Source of the DNA: Chthoniobacterales bacterium
GTDB lineage: Bacteria; Verrucomicrobiota; Verrucomicrobiia; Chthoniobacterales; JACTMZ01
NCBI GenBank assembly: GCA_018883245.1
Contig: VEQL01000003.1
Location: 80,478-144,477, forward strand
Direction: 5' to 3'
DNA: 64,000 bases
This document shows positions 46,717-56,427 of the stretch, one piece after another. The translations under genes and the position numbers were made by a program. The first letter of the stretch is position 1. Every line of letters starts with the position of its first letter. Below the pieces are notes generated by a model that saw nothing but the letters and a program-made list of their open reading frames with translations, had not been told where the DNA came from and searched no databases.

Positions 46717-47793
46717 TCATGCGAGCCCGGCCTCGGTCAGGCGGTCCTGCATGTCCTGCTGTTGCAAGGCGCCGACCATCTCGTCCAAGTCGCCTCCGAC
46801 GAAACGGTCGAGGCTGTAAAGCGTGAGGCCGATGCGGTGGTCGGTGACGCGGTTCTGCGGGTAATTGTAGGTGCGGATCTTTTCTTCCCGTCCCGCGCGT
46901 CCGATGAGACTGCGGCGGTGGGCCGAATATTTCGCTTCCTCCTCGTTGCGTTTGTCCTCGAGCAGCCGGGTGCGCAGGATCTCCAGCGCTGCGGCCTTGT
47001 TTTTTTGCTGCGAACGCCCGTCCTGGCAGCGGACGATTTTTCCAGTCGGAATGTGTAGGATTTGCACCGCGGAGTCGGTGGTGTTGACCCCCTGTCCTCC
47101 GGGTCCCCCGGACCGGCAAACTTCGATGCGCAAATCTTGTGGGCGCAGCTCGATATCGACCTCCTGCGCCTCCGGAAGCACGGCGACCGTCGCGGTGGAG
47201 GTGTGGATGCGGCCCTGCGCCTCCGTGGCCGGAACGCGCTGGACGCGGTGCACCCCGCTTTCATAGCGCAGGCGGCGGAACACCGACTCGCCCGTCACTT
47301 TGAAGATGACTTCCTTGAACCCGCCGAGGCCGGACGGGCTGGAGTCGACCGGTTCGACGCGCAGGCCGTGCGACTCCGCGTAGCGCTGATACATGCGGTA
47401 AAGGTCCGCGGCGAAAAGCGCGGCTTCGTCACCGCCCGTGCCGGCGCGTATCTCGACGATGGCGTTGCGTTCCTCGCTTTCGTCTGGCGGCAGGAGGGCG
47501 AACTGGATCTCGCGCTCGAGCGAGGCGATGCGATCTTTCATCTGCGGGATTTCCACCGCGGCCATCTCCGCCATTTCGGCGTCGGTCCCTGCGGCGATTT
47601 CCGCGTTTTCCACCAGCTGAGTGCGCAGGCGTGCCGCTTCATCATCCGCCGCGGCCAGTTCCTTGAGCCGCGCGTGCTCGCGCATCACGTCGCGCGCCTT
47701 GGCGGGGTTGGTGTAGAAGTCGTCGGAATGGACCAATTTCTCCAACTCGGCCAGGCGCTCGCGTTTTTTGACGATGAGCGGGGCGAGATCCAT
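46717..47793 (-). CDS. prfA: Peptide chain release factor 1
   Basis: 358 aa. PATE tripeptide-anticodon region (RVPATE) and GGQ motif (GGPGGQGVNTTDSAV). Confidence 0.95.
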   Translation of the reverse strand: MDLAPLIVKKRERLAELEKLVHSDDFYTNPAKARDVMREHARLKELAAADDEAARLRTQLVENAEIAAGTDAEMAEMAAVEIPQMKDRIASLEREIQFALLPPDESEERNAIVEIRAGTGGDEAALFAADLYRMYQRYAESHGLRVEPVDSSPSGLGGFKEVIFKVTGESVFRRLRYESGVHRVQRVPATEAQGRIHTSTATVAVLPEAQEVDIELRPQDLRIEVCRSGGPGGQGVNTTDSAVQILHIPTGKIVRCQDGRSQQKNKAAALEILRTRLLEDKRNEEEAKYSAHRRSLIGRAGREEKIRTYNYPQNRVTDHRIGLTLYSLDRFVGGDLDEMVGALQQQDMQDRLTEAGLA

Positions 47794-47853
47794 GGAAAGA
47801 AAAACGGCGACCGGCCGCGGTGCGGCGCGATCACCGTGTCAGGCGGATACCAG

Positions 47854-48078
47854 CTAAGCCTTTTTGACGCGGGCGGCTTTCACCGAACCGTAGCGCCGCG
47901 AGAATTTTTCCACGCGGCCGGCGGTGTCGATGAATTTCTGCTCGCCGGTGAAGAACGGATGGCAAGCCGCGCAAATGCCGATCTTGATGTTCTTGCGGGT
48001 GGAGCGGGTGTGATAAACCGCCCCGCAGGTGCAGGTGATCGTGGTTTCGGCGTAATCAGGATGGAGACCGGCTTTCAT
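47854..48078 (-). CDS. rpmE: 50S ribosomal protein L31
   Basis: 74 aa: MKAGLHPDYAETTITCTCGAVYHTRST...CAACHPFFTG. Only the 3' end of the 866-aa track ORF is real. Confidence 0.92.
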   Translation of the reverse strand: MKAGLHPDYAETTITCTCGAVYHTRSTRKNIKIGICAACHPFFTGEQKFIDTAGRVEKFSRRYGSVKAARVKKA

Positions 48079-48180
48079 GAAAATCGAGAAGACTGGCCAA
48101 AATACCGCCATCTTCCGGCCTCTGGCAAGGAAAAGCCGCCCCCATATTGCCGATGCGGCATGGCGCTGGCAGGATAAGGC

Positions 48181-50361
48181 GTGCCTACCCACTCGCGAGA
48201 ACCCGCCGACGGGCTGTCCGGCCTGGTCGAGCGCGTGACTTTCCACAACGAGGATACCGGGTTTGCGGTGCTCAAGGTGAAAGTCAAGGGACGGCGCGGT
48301 CTGGTGCCGGTGGTCGGGGCGGTAGCCGCCGTTTCCCCGGGTGAATGGATCACCGCCGAGGGGCATTGGGAGCGGAATCGCGACCATGGCATGCAACTGC
48401 GCGCGGCGACCATCCGTTGCCAGCCTCCGAACTCGCTCGAAGGCATCGAGAAATACCTCGGCAGCGGGCTGATCCGCGGGATCGGTCCGGTTTACGCGAA
48501 AAAGATGGTGGCAAAATTCGGGACCGAAATTTTCAACATCATCGAGAACGCCTCGGCGCGGCTGCAGGATGTCGAAGGCATCGGCGCGGGGCGGCGGCAG
48601 CAGATCAAAGCGGCATGGGCCGAGCAGAAGGTAGTGCGCGACATCATGGTTTTTCTCCACGGCCACGGCATCAGCACGAGCCGTGCGTTGCGCGTTTACA
48701 AACTTTACGGCGAGGAGGCCATCGCGCGGGTGCGCGCCAATCCCTACCTGCTCGCGCGCGACATTCCGGGCATCGGTTTCAAGTCGGCTGACGCCGTGGG
48801 TGCGAAGCTCGGCTTCGGCCATGATTCCATCCTGCGCGCGCGCGGCGGTTTGCAGCATGTTTTGTCCGAGGCCACCGGCGAGGGGCATACGGCATTGCCG
48901 GAAAGGTTGCTCCTTTCCGCCGCCGCGGAACTTCTCGGGGTGGATGAAAGCGTGGTGGCCGGCGCTCTCGAACGCGAGATCGCTGACGAGCAACTGGTCG
49001 CTGAAAAGATCGCCGGGGAGTCCATGGTGTTCCTGCCGGCTTTGCACGCCGCGGAGGTCGTGGTGGCCGGAGCCATGCGAAGGCTCGGGGCAGCTCCGGC
49101 GAACTATCCGCAGATCGATTTCGACAAAGCGCTCGTCTGGGTGCAGGAAAAAACCGGGAAGACCCTTTCGCCCAGTCAGGTCGAAGCCCTCCGCCGTGCG
49201 CTCGGCTCCCGTGTGTGCGTGGTCACCGGAGGCCCGGGTGTCGGCAAAACAACACTGCTCGACAGCCTCCTGAAAATTCTCGCCGCCAAAAAAGTGAGGT
49301 TCCAGCTCTGCGCGCCGACTGGACGCGCGGCCAAGCGGATGGGCGAGTCCACCGGTTGCCAAGCGCAGACGATCCACCGCCTGCTCGAGGTTTTTCCGTC
49401 CGGCGGCTTCAAGCGTGGCACAAAACATCCTCTCGATACCGACCTTGTTGTGGTGGACGAGTTTTCGATGGTCGATGTGCAGCTCATGGCCTCGCTTTGC
49501 CGCGCTTTGCCCGCGCGGGCTTCGCTCATTCTCGTGGGCGATCCGGACCAGTTGCCGAGCGTCGGACCGGGATCGCTTTTGTCGGACATCCTCGCCAGCG
49601 GGGTGGTCCCCTCGGTGCGGCTGACGGAGATTTTCCGCCAAGCCGAGGCCAGCTCCATCGTCCGCGTCGCACACGACGTGCGTCACGGGCGCATGCCCGA
49701 TGATCCCGAGGAAAAAGGCGGCGACTTCGCGTTCATGCACCGCGAAGAGCCGGAAGAAATCGCGGAGCTTGTGCTCCGGCTCGCGCGCACCGAGATCCCG
49801 CGCCGGCTCGGACTCGATCCCGTGCGCGACGTCCAAGTCCTTGCCCCCATGCACCGCGGCAGCCTCGGGATCCGCGAACTCAACACCGCCCTGCAGGCCG
49901 CGCTGAATCCGCCGCGCCAAGACCGCGCCGAAGTCGAGCGCTTTGGAACGAAATTCCGCACGGGCGACAAAGTTCTCCAGACGCGGAACAACTACGACAA
50001 AGAGGTCTTCAACGGCGACATCGGACGTATTTCCTCGATCGATCCGGAAGAGCGCCAAGTCGCCGTGGATTTCGACGGACGGCGTGCGGTTTACGAATTC
50101 GGCGAATTGGACGAGATCGAGCCGGCCTACGCGATCAGCATCCACAAAAGCCAGGGGTCGGAATTTCCGGCGGTGGTGATTCCGCTGGCCATGCAGCATT
50201 TTCTGCTCCTGCAGCGCAACCTGCTTTACACCGGGATCACGCGCGGGAAAAAGCTCGTCGTGGTGGCCGGTCAGCGCAAAGCGTTTGCCACGGCCGTGCG
50301 GCAGAATGACACGCGTCGCCGGCACGGGGGATTGCTGGCGCGGCTCAAGGAATCGTCGTGA
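48181..50361 (+). CDS. recD2: SF1B ATP-dependent RecD-like DNA helicase (RecD2)
   Basis: GTG start. N-terminal OB/HhH region. Walker A GGPGVGKTT, Walker B VVDEFSMVD, and C-terminal SIHKSQGSEF. Confidence 0.85.
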   Translation: MPTHSREPADGLSGLVERVTFHNEDTGFAVLKVKVKGRRGLVPVVGAVAAVSPGEWITAEGHWERNRDHGMQLRAATIRCQPPNSLEGIEKYLGSGLIRGIGPVYAKKMVAKFGTEIFNIIENASARLQDVEGIGAGRRQQIKAAWAEQKVVRDIMVFLHGHGISTSRALRVYKLYGEEAIARVRANPYLLARDIPGIGFKSADAVGAKLGFGHDSILRARGGLQHVLSEATGEGHTALPERLLLSAAAELLGVDESVVAGALEREIADEQLVAEKIAGESMVFLPALHAAEVVVAGAMRRLGAAPANYPQIDFDKALVWVQEKTGKTLSPSQVEALRRALGSRVCVVTGGPGVGKTTLLDSLLKILAAKKVRFQLCAPTGRAAKRMGESTGCQAQTIHRLLEVFPSGGFKRGTKHPLDTDLVVVDEFSMVDVQLMASLCRALPARASLILVGDPDQLPSVGPGSLLSDILASGVVPSVRLTEIFRQAEASSIVRVAHDVRHGRMPDDPEEKGGDFAFMHREEPEEIAELVLRLARTEIPRRLGLDPVRDVQVLAPMHRGSLGIRELNTALQAALNPPRQDRAEVERFGTKFRTGDKVLQTRNNYDKEVFNGDIGRISSIDPEERQVAVDFDGRRAVYEFGELDEIEPAYAISIHKSQGSEFPAVVIPLAMQHFLLLQRNLLYTGITRGKKLVVVAGQRKAFATAVRQNDTRRRHGGLLARLKESS

Positions 50362-51277
50362 CCAGAACGGCGCAGCGACCTTCCGCGGGCGCGACGGGCG
50401 GCGCGCCGGAGGCCGGAAGCAGGAAAAAGTCGCCCGGCGCGAACGACCGTCCACCGCACTCCGCGCGTCCTCCGACCACCGTCACGATGGAAAAATCGCC
50501 CGGTTGCCGGAGCTCTTCCGGTCCCGACAGGATTTTTTTCGCAACGTGGAAATGGTCGCACTCCGCCACCGTGCCCGATTCGGCATGGGTGAGAGGCGGG
50601 GCGAAGTCGGCGAAGTCCGTGGAAACCATCGACTCCTCGAGGTGGAGTTCGCGTGGTTTGCCGTCGAGGCCCGCGCGGTTCCAGTCGAACACGCGGTAAG
50701 TCGTATCGCTGTTCTGCTGGATCTCGACGATGATGTTGCCTTCCCCGATGGCGTGGAGCCTTCCGCTCGGGATGAAAATGCTGTCCCCCTCGCGCGTCGG
50801 CAAGATGTGGAGGCATTGTTCGACGTCCCCGGCACGCAACTTTTTCTCGAACTCCGCGCGCGTGGTGCCCGGCGCAAGCCCGGCGTAGATGCGGCTTCCG
50901 GCATCGCAGGCCAGAAAATACCACATTTCCGTTTTTGGTTCGCCTCCGAGACCGGCTGCCACCGAGGCCGGCGGATGGACCTGCACGGAAAGCCGGTCGC
51001 GCGCATCGAGCAATTTGCAAAGCAGAGGAAAACGCGGGCCCGCCGAAGCGTGGCGTTCGCCGAAGATTTCCGCGCGACGCATCGTCCAAAGTTCGTGCAG
51101 CGTCTTCCCGCGCAGCGGACCGTCCGCCACCGCGCTTTGCGCCTCCGCCCGATCGACGATTTCCCAAGACTCGCCGATCGGGCTCTCCCCGGGGAGTGAG
51201 CGGCCGAGTCTGGATGACAGTTCGCGCCCGCCCCAGACGCGTTCCATGTAGAGCGGCACAAAAGAAACCGGGTTCAT
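50345..51277 (-). CDS. manA: Type I phosphomannose isomerase (class I mannose-6-phosphate isomerase, cupin)
   Basis: The ATG at 51277 gives MNPVSFVPLYMERVWGGREL... with the SVQVHPP metal-binding motif. Start overlaps the ubiE stop (ATGA). Confidence 0.75.
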   Translation of the reverse strand: MNPVSFVPLYMERVWGGRELSSRLGRSLPGESPIGESWEIVDRAEAQSAVADGPLRGKTLHELWTMRRAEIFGERHASAGPRFPLLCKLLDARDRLSVQVHPPASVAAGLGGEPKTEMWYFLACDAGSRIYAGLAPGTTRAEFEKKLRAGDVEQCLHILPTREGDSIFIPSGRLHAIGEGNIIVEIQQNSDTTYRVFDWNRAGLDGKPRELHLEESMVSTDFADFAPPLTHAESGTVAECDHFHVAKKILSGPEELRQPGDFSIVTVVGGRAECGGRSFAPGDFFLLPASGAPPVAPAEGRCAVLVTTIP

Positions 51278-51945
51278 TTTTGCGCAGTGTAGATCGACAC
51301 GACGCCCGCAGCGAGCGGGATGCAGCGGGGGTCGCGGAAACCGCAATCCGAGACGAGCGTTTGCATGGACTCGCCGGAGGGGAACGACTCGATCGACTCC
51401 CCGAGATATACGTAGCCGGCGCGGTTGCCGGTGATGATGCCCGCGGCCAGCGGCAGGATGCGGTGGAGGTAAAAGCGGTAAGGTGCGGCGAGCGGCGGAC
51501 GCGGCATGGAAAAATCCAGGACCAGCAGATGCCCTCCGGGTCCGAGCACGCGCCGCATCTCGCGCAGGGCTCCGGGCCACGATTCCATGTTGCGCAGTCC
51601 GAACGCGACGGTGACGGCATCGAACGCATTGTCGGCAAACGGCAAGCGTGTGCCGTCGGCCGCCACGAGGGATTGCACGCCTTTGCGCGCCGCGATTTTC
51701 AGCATCGGCAGGCAGAAGTCGGCGCCGATGACATGCGCATCGGGCAGCGATTTCTTCAGCGCCAGCGCCAGATCGCCGCTTCCGGTCGCGAGATCGAGCA
51801 CGCGGTGGGGGTGCCAGGAAGACACGATGCGGACCGCGCGTGCGCGCCAGAAAAAATCGAGGCCGCCGGACAGCAGGTGGTTGGCGAGGTCGTAGCGCGC
51901 GGCGATCGCACTGAAAATTCCGCGGACCTTGGCGGGGTTTTGCAT
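51274..51945 (-). CDS. ubiE: Demethylmenaquinone/ubiquinone C-methyltransferase UbiE/MenG
   Basis: IFSAIAARYDLANHLLSGGLDFFWR N-terminal signature. SAM motif VLDLATGSGDLA. Confidence 0.85.
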   Translation of the reverse strand: MQNPAKVRGIFSAIAARYDLANHLLSGGLDFFWRARAVRIVSSWHPHRVLDLATGSGDLALALKKSLPDAHVIGADFCLPMLKIAARKGVQSLVAADGTRLPFADNAFDAVTVAFGLRNMESWPGALREMRRVLGPGGHLLVLDFSMPRPPLAAPYRFYLHRILPLAAGIITGNRAGYVYLGESIESFPSGESMQTLVSDCGFRDPRCIPLAAGVVSIYTAQK

Positions 51946-51954
51946 CGTGAAAAA

Positions 51955-52036
51955 TGCTCACGAGAGGACTCGAACCTCCACGGGTCACCCCATGCGCTTC
52001 TGAGACGCACGCGTCTGCCAGTTCCGCCACGTGAGC
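51955..52036 (-). tRNA. tRNA-Leu (anticodon CAG), type II with long variable arm, CCA not encoded
   Basis: The reverse complement folds by hand. Acceptor GCTCACG/CGTGAGC plus A. Anticodon arm TGCGT-CTCAGAA-GCGCA. Variable arm GGG-TGA-CCC. T arm GGAGG-TTCGAGT-CCTCT. 82 nt. Confidence 0.9.
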
Positions 52037-52135
52037 AGCAGGAAATTCCAAAATGCACGGCCGCATGATGCTTGTCCACCGGGAAGTGTCGCGCGGCGGC
52101 TTGTCACGGCCCGCGACCTCGGCAATCTTGGAGGC

Positions 52136-53137
52136 ATGAAGAAATCCGGATGTGCGCTCCTGGCGGTTTTTCTCGCCCTTTGCGCGAGCATGTTTTTCAA
52201 CCTCGTCCTCATCGGTCTCCTGGGTGCGGGCGGCGCGGAAAACATTGCCTCCAGCCACTCGTTTCCGCCGGAGTTGCGTGAAATGGTCGTGGAAGAAGGC
52301 GATCCTTCGCAGGGAAAAATCGCGGTCATTCCCGTTCAAGGGGTCATCCAGACGGCGGATGCGAGCGAGTGGGGAACCTCGATGGTGGACGACATCAAGA
52401 AGGCTCTGCGTGTGGCGGCCGCGGACGACAACGTGAAAGCGGTGGTTCTTTCCATCGACTCGCCCGGCGGGGAGGTCACAGCTTCCGACATCATCTACAA
52501 CGAGGTCCTCAAGGTGCAGAAAGAGAAGCCCGTGGTGGTGGCGATGTCCTCGCTCGCCGCGTCCGGCGCCTACTACATCGCGTGCGCCGCCGACTGGATC
52601 GTGGCCAACGACACAACCTTCACCGGAAGCATCGGCGTCATCATCCAGTCGCTCAATTACGAGGGGCTCTTCGACAAGGTCGGGCTCGACGAGGTGGTTT
52701 TCAAAAGCGGCAAGTTCAAGGACATGCTCAGCGGGGCGCGGCCGATGACGCCGGAGGAGAAAGCTTACATCGAGGGCATGGTGAAGCAGGTTTACGAGCG
52801 GTTCCTCGGCATCGTTGCGCAGTCGCGGGATCTGGATGCGGGCAAATTGCGCGAAGGGATTGCGGACGGCCGCATTCTCACGGGCAAAGACGCGCAGCAG
52901 GCGGGGTTGGTCGATCAGCTCGGCTATATCGAGGATGCTTTCGACAAGGCCCGGAAACTTGCCAAGGTGCCGGAGGCCGAGGTGATCCGCTACGAACCTT
53001 CGCTCAATTTCTCGCGTCTGCTGCATCTGCTCGGGGCAAGCGCGCAGTCGCGCCTTCAGCTCAATGTCGGACCCGCCCCCGCCTTCCGTCTCCAGCCCGG
53101 GCGCGCCTATCTGCTGCCCGAGTTCTACGCGTGGTGA
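52136..53137 (+). CDS. sppA: Signal peptide peptidase SppA, 36K type (S49)
   Basis: ATG at 52136 gives an N-terminal TM. S49 motifs LAASGAYYIA and TGSIGV. Confidence 0.85.
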   Translation: MKKSGCALLAVFLALCASMFFNLVLIGLLGAGGAENIASSHSFPPELREMVVEEGDPSQGKIAVIPVQGVIQTADASEWGTSMVDDIKKALRVAAADDNVKAVVLSIDSPGGEVTASDIIYNEVLKVQKEKPVVVAMSSLAASGAYYIACAADWIVANDTTFTGSIGVIIQSLNYEGLFDKVGLDEVVFKSGKFKDMLSGARPMTPEEKAYIEGMVKQVYERFLGIVAQSRDLDAGKLREGIADGRILTGKDAQQAGLVDQLGYIEDAFDKARKLAKVPEAEVIRYEPSLNFSRLLHLLGASAQSRLQLNVGPAPAFRLQPGRAYLLPEFYAW

Positions 53138-53925
53138 GCAACGCCGGCACCTGGGCGGCGGTTGCCGGGCTTGTGCTGCTCACCGCGGCCGGCCTGCGTT
53201 TTTACCTGCCGCTCGCACGCGAGGTTTTTGTCCTGCGGCGCGGGTTGGTCGGCACGGATTGGGTGCGTTGGAGCGATGCGGCGGTTGCGATTCTGCTCGG
53301 CGCATGGCTCGTGTCCCTCGGGCGTGATGCGTTGCTTTCGAGCGGGGAGCGGAGCATCGAATTCCGTTCTCTGGTCACCGGGGCGCTGGTTTACGGCGCC
53401 GTCGTTTTGTTTTTGCTCGGCGGTTTCATTTACCGCGACCTCTCCCCGATGCGTGTGTTCGGACTCGCAACCAGCCCCTTTTTCCGCGCCCTCGGGCAGG
53501 CCCTGCTCGCGCTTGTGGCCGCATACCCCGTCCTGATGCTCGTTCAGTCCATGGTTTACGGCGTTTCCGGAGGCGATCCGAGCATGCAGGATGTCGTGCG
53601 TTTCCTCCAGGAATCGCAGTCGCCGCGCGACCGGTGGGCCGTCCTTCTCATGGCCGTCGTCGTCGCCCCGGTCGCGGAGGAAATCATTTTCCGCGGTTTC
53701 CTTTATCCCGTCGGCAAAAAATTCGGCGGGGCCTTCGTGTCGGCCCTGCTCACGAGTCTTCTTTTTGCCGCGTTGCACGGGCATGCTCCCTCCGTCCCGG
53801 CGCTTTGCACCTTGGCCCTGTGTCTTGTCCTCGCCTACGAAAAATCCGGATCCCTGCTCGTCCCGATGATCATGCATGCCGTGTTCAACGCGATCTCGGT
53901 CTCGGCTATTTTGCTCCTGGCATGA
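53134..53925 (+). CDS. CPBP-family intramembrane glutamic endopeptidase (CAAX protease-like)
   Basis: GTG at 53134 overlaps the sppA stop (GTGA). Multi-TM protein. Motifs EEIIFRGFLY, FAALH, HAVFN. Confidence 0.8.
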   Translation: MSNAGTWAAVAGLVLLTAAGLRFYLPLAREVFVLRRGLVGTDWVRWSDAAVAILLGAWLVSLGRDALLSSGERSIEFRSLVTGALVYGAVVLFLLGGFIYRDLSPMRVFGLATSPFFRALGQALLALVAAYPVLMLVQSMVYGVSGGDPSMQDVVRFLQESQSPRDRWAVLLMAVVVAPVAEEIIFRGFLYPVGKKFGGAFVSALLTSLLFAALHGHAPSVPALCTLALCLVLAYEKSGSLLVPMIMHAVFNAISVSAILLLA

Positions 53926-54824
53926 AATCCGCCCGTCTTTCCGGTGAAGACGCACTCGTTGCGCGCATCGCACGATTTGTCGGCGTCAAAGATCCGCGCC
54001 TTGTGGCGGGAATCGGGGACGACTGCGCGGCGGTGCGCACGTCCGCGGGCGCAAGGTTGCTTCTGCTCAAGACCGACTGCGTGGTCGAGCGGCGGCATTT
54101 CCGTGCTTCGGATGATCCCCGCGCGGTCGGCTGGAAGGCCGCTTGCCGCGCGGTGAGCGACATCGCGTCCTGCGGCGGCGAACCGCGCTGGGCGGTGGTG
54201 ACGTGCGTCCTTCGTCCCGCGCACGGCGGCCGCTGGGTGGACGACTTTTATCGCGGCATGCAGAAAGCCGCGAAGCGGTTCGGATTCTCCGTCGTGGGTG
54301 GTGAACTTGCCTCGACCGATGGTCCGGCTGTGCTGAGCGTGGCGATGGCGGGGGAGGTTGCGCCGCGCGATTTTGTCACCCGCGGCGGCGGAAAGCCCGG
54401 CGATGTTCTTTTTGTCAGCGGCGCGCTGGGTGGCTCGCTGGAATCGGGCTGGCACTTGCGTTTTGTCCCGCGGCTCGAGCAGGCCCGGTGGCTTGTGCGC
54501 CATTTCCGGGTGCGGGCCATGATGGATTTGAGCGACGGGCTGGCCGCTGATTTGCCGCGGTTGGCTTGCGCCAGCGGCACGGGATTCCGCGTCGATCCCG
54601 GCCTTGTTCCGCGCCGGCGCGGCGCTTCGCTGCGCCGAGCGCTCGGCGAAGGCGAGGACTTCGAACTGCTTTTCGCCGTTGCGCCCAATGTGGCGTCGCG
54701 CCTGGCCACAGCTTGGAGGCGGAAATTTCCGCGGCTGCGTCTGACCCGCATCGGAGAACTCGCTCCTCGCGGCGTTGCCGAGGGGCTCGGACATGCCCGG
54801 GGTTTCGATCATTTCAACCGTTGA
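53922..54824 (+). CDS. thiL: Thiamine-monophosphate kinase
   Basis: ATG at 53922 overlaps the upstream stop (ATGA). GIGDDCAAV motif and AIR-synthase-like fold. Confidence 0.85.
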   Translation: MKSARLSGEDALVARIARFVGVKDPRLVAGIGDDCAAVRTSAGARLLLLKTDCVVERRHFRASDDPRAVGWKAACRAVSDIASCGGEPRWAVVTCVLRPAHGGRWVDDFYRGMQKAAKRFGFSVVGGELASTDGPAVLSVAMAGEVAPRDFVTRGGGKPGDVLFVSGALGGSLESGWHLRFVPRLEQARWLVRHFRVRAMMDLSDGLAADLPRLACASGTGFRVDPGLVPRRRGASLRRALGEGEDFELLFAVAPNVASRLATAWRRKFPRLRLTRIGELAPRGVAEGLGHARGFDHFNR

Positions 54825-55423
54825 AACCGGAAGCTTTCATTTTTGACATCGGCAATGTGCTCCTGCGCTTCGATTACGGGCGCGCCTGGGAGAGTCTCCG
54901 CGCGCGGGGGGCGATGATGCCGGACCCCGCCGCCGTCGAAGAGTTGGCGAAGCGATACGAACGTGGCGAGGTTGCACGGACCGAATTTCTCGGGCGGCTC
55001 GCGGGCTTGTTCTCGCACAGTGTTTCCGCGGCGGAGCTGACGGCGGCATGGCAGGACATTTTCGAGCCGAACGAGCCGATGTGGAAGACGGTCGCGCAAC
55101 TGTCGGACGATTACCCGCTTTATCTTCTTTCGAACACCAACTGCCTGCAGCACGACTTCATCGTGGAGCGGTATCCGGTCTTCGGCCGCTTCCGCGACGG
55201 TGTTTTTTCCTATCGGGCCGGGATGCTCAAACCCGAGGCCGGGATATTCCGTGAGGCGATCCGGCAATTCGGCGTGCGGCCGGAGACAACCGTCTATCTC
55301 GACGACCTCGAACCGAATGTCGCCGCCGCCCGTGCCGAGGGACTGCGCGCCTTCCATTACCATCCGGACCGGCATGCGCAGTGTATCGGCTGGCTGCGCG
55401 GCGAGGGTGTGCAATGCGTTTGA
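54821..55423 (+). CDS. HAD-superfamily hydrolase (subfamily IA-like)
   Basis: The putative TTG start at 54821 overlaps the thiL stop. Motif I IFDIGNVL, LLSNTN (motif II), and YLDDLEPN (motif IV-like). Start uncertain. Confidence 0.65.
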   Translation: MKPEAFIFDIGNVLLRFDYGRAWESLRARGAMMPDPAAVEELAKRYERGEVARTEFLGRLAGLFSHSVSAAELTAAWQDIFEPNEPMWKTVAQLSDDYPLYLLSNTNCLQHDFIVERYPVFGRFRDGVFSYRAGMLKPEAGIFREAIRQFGVRPETTVYLDDLEPNVAAARAEGLRAFHYHPDRHAQCIGWLRGEGVQCV

Positions 55424-55461
55424 CTTGGGTCGGCACGGATTTACGCTCGCACCCGGTGAAA

Positions 55462-56424
55462 ATGACGTTCGACCGTTTGCGGCAAATTTACGACCGTCCG
55501 TTTTTCGAGCTGATCGAGGAAGCGCGGCGGATCCACAAAAAGCATTGGCCCGGGCAGGAAGTGCAGCTCTGCACTTTGCTGAGCATCAAGACCGGCGCGT
55601 GCAGCGAGGACTGCGGCTACTGCTCGCAAAGCGCGCATCACGATACCGGGGTGAAACCGCAACCGCTGATGTCCACCGAGGAGATTCTGCCCCATGCGCG
55701 CGCGGCGAGGGAAAACGGCGCCACGCGGTTCTGCATGGGCGCGGCGTGGAAGGGTGTGCGCGAGGGTGACCGCCGGTTCGAGTCCGTGCTCGATACCATC
55801 CGCGAAGTCAGCAAGCTGGGCATGGAGGTCTGCGTGACGCTGGGACAACTCAACGACGCCGAGGCGAAAAAACTCAAGGAAGCCGGCGTCACGGCCTACA
55901 ACCACAACATCGACACCTCGCCGGAGCATTACCGGAAAATCGTCTCCACCCACACATTCCAGGACCGCCTCAACACCATCTCCGCCGTGCAGCGCGCGGG
56001 GATGTCGGTCTGCTGCGGTGGCATTCTGGGCATGGGTGAAACGGTGGACGATCGCCTGCGCATGCTCGAGGTTCTGGCCAATTTCGATCCGCCGCCGGAA
56101 AGCGTCCCCATCAATTGCCTCGTGCCCGTGGAAGGCACGCCGCTCGAGGATGCGCAGCCGGTGAAAATTTTCGAACTTGTGCGGATCATCGCCACCGCGC
56201 GAATCGCTTTGCCTCACTCGAAAATCCGGCTTTCCGCCGGGCGCACTTCGATGAGCAAGGAAGGTCAAGCGCTCTGCTTCTTCGCCGGTGCGAATTCGTT
56301 TTTCTACGGGGACAAGCTGCTTACCACGCCCAACCCGGACGAAAACGAGGATCTCGACCTGCTCTCGACGCTCGATCTTGAACCTCTCCAACCGCACTCG
56401 CCGGCGTCGGTGCCGGTGGCCTGA
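55462..56424 (+). CDS. bioB: Biotin synthase
   Basis: Radical-SAM cluster CSEDCGYCSQS. MGAAW, YNHNIDTS and GGILGMGE motifs. Alternative ATG at 55414. Confidence 0.9.
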   Translation: MTFDRLRQIYDRPFFELIEEARRIHKKHWPGQEVQLCTLLSIKTGACSEDCGYCSQSAHHDTGVKPQPLMSTEEILPHARAARENGATRFCMGAAWKGVREGDRRFESVLDTIREVSKLGMEVCVTLGQLNDAEAKKLKEAGVTAYNHNIDTSPEHYRKIVSTHTFQDRLNTISAVQRAGMSVCCGGILGMGETVDDRLRMLEVLANFDPPPESVPINCLVPVEGTPLEDAQPVKIFELVRIIATARIALPHSKIRLSAGRTSMSKEGQALCFFAGANSFFYGDKLLTTPNPDENEDLDLLSTLDLEPLQPHSPASVPVA

Positions 56425-56427
56425 GTT

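Noticed and set aside
48079-50454. Upstream 790 codons of the 866-aa minus-strand ORF that ends as rpmE
   Set aside because: Only the last 74 codons (47854-48078) form the L31 protein, starting at an internal ATG. The rest is antisense to recD2, which carries Walker A/B helicase motifs.
51955-52036. tRNA-Leu as an integration hotspot for a genomic island
   Set aside because: No integrase, no duplicated tRNA 3' end, and no compositional break are visible on either side. The flanking genes (ubiE, sppA) are core functions.
51278-53026. N-terminal 580 codons of the 893-aa minus-strand ORF ending as manA
   Set aside because: It overlaps ubiE in another frame, runs straight through the tRNA-Leu, and is antisense to sppA. 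Only 50345-51277 has the phosphomannose isomerase sequence, starting at an ATG that overlaps the ubiE stop.
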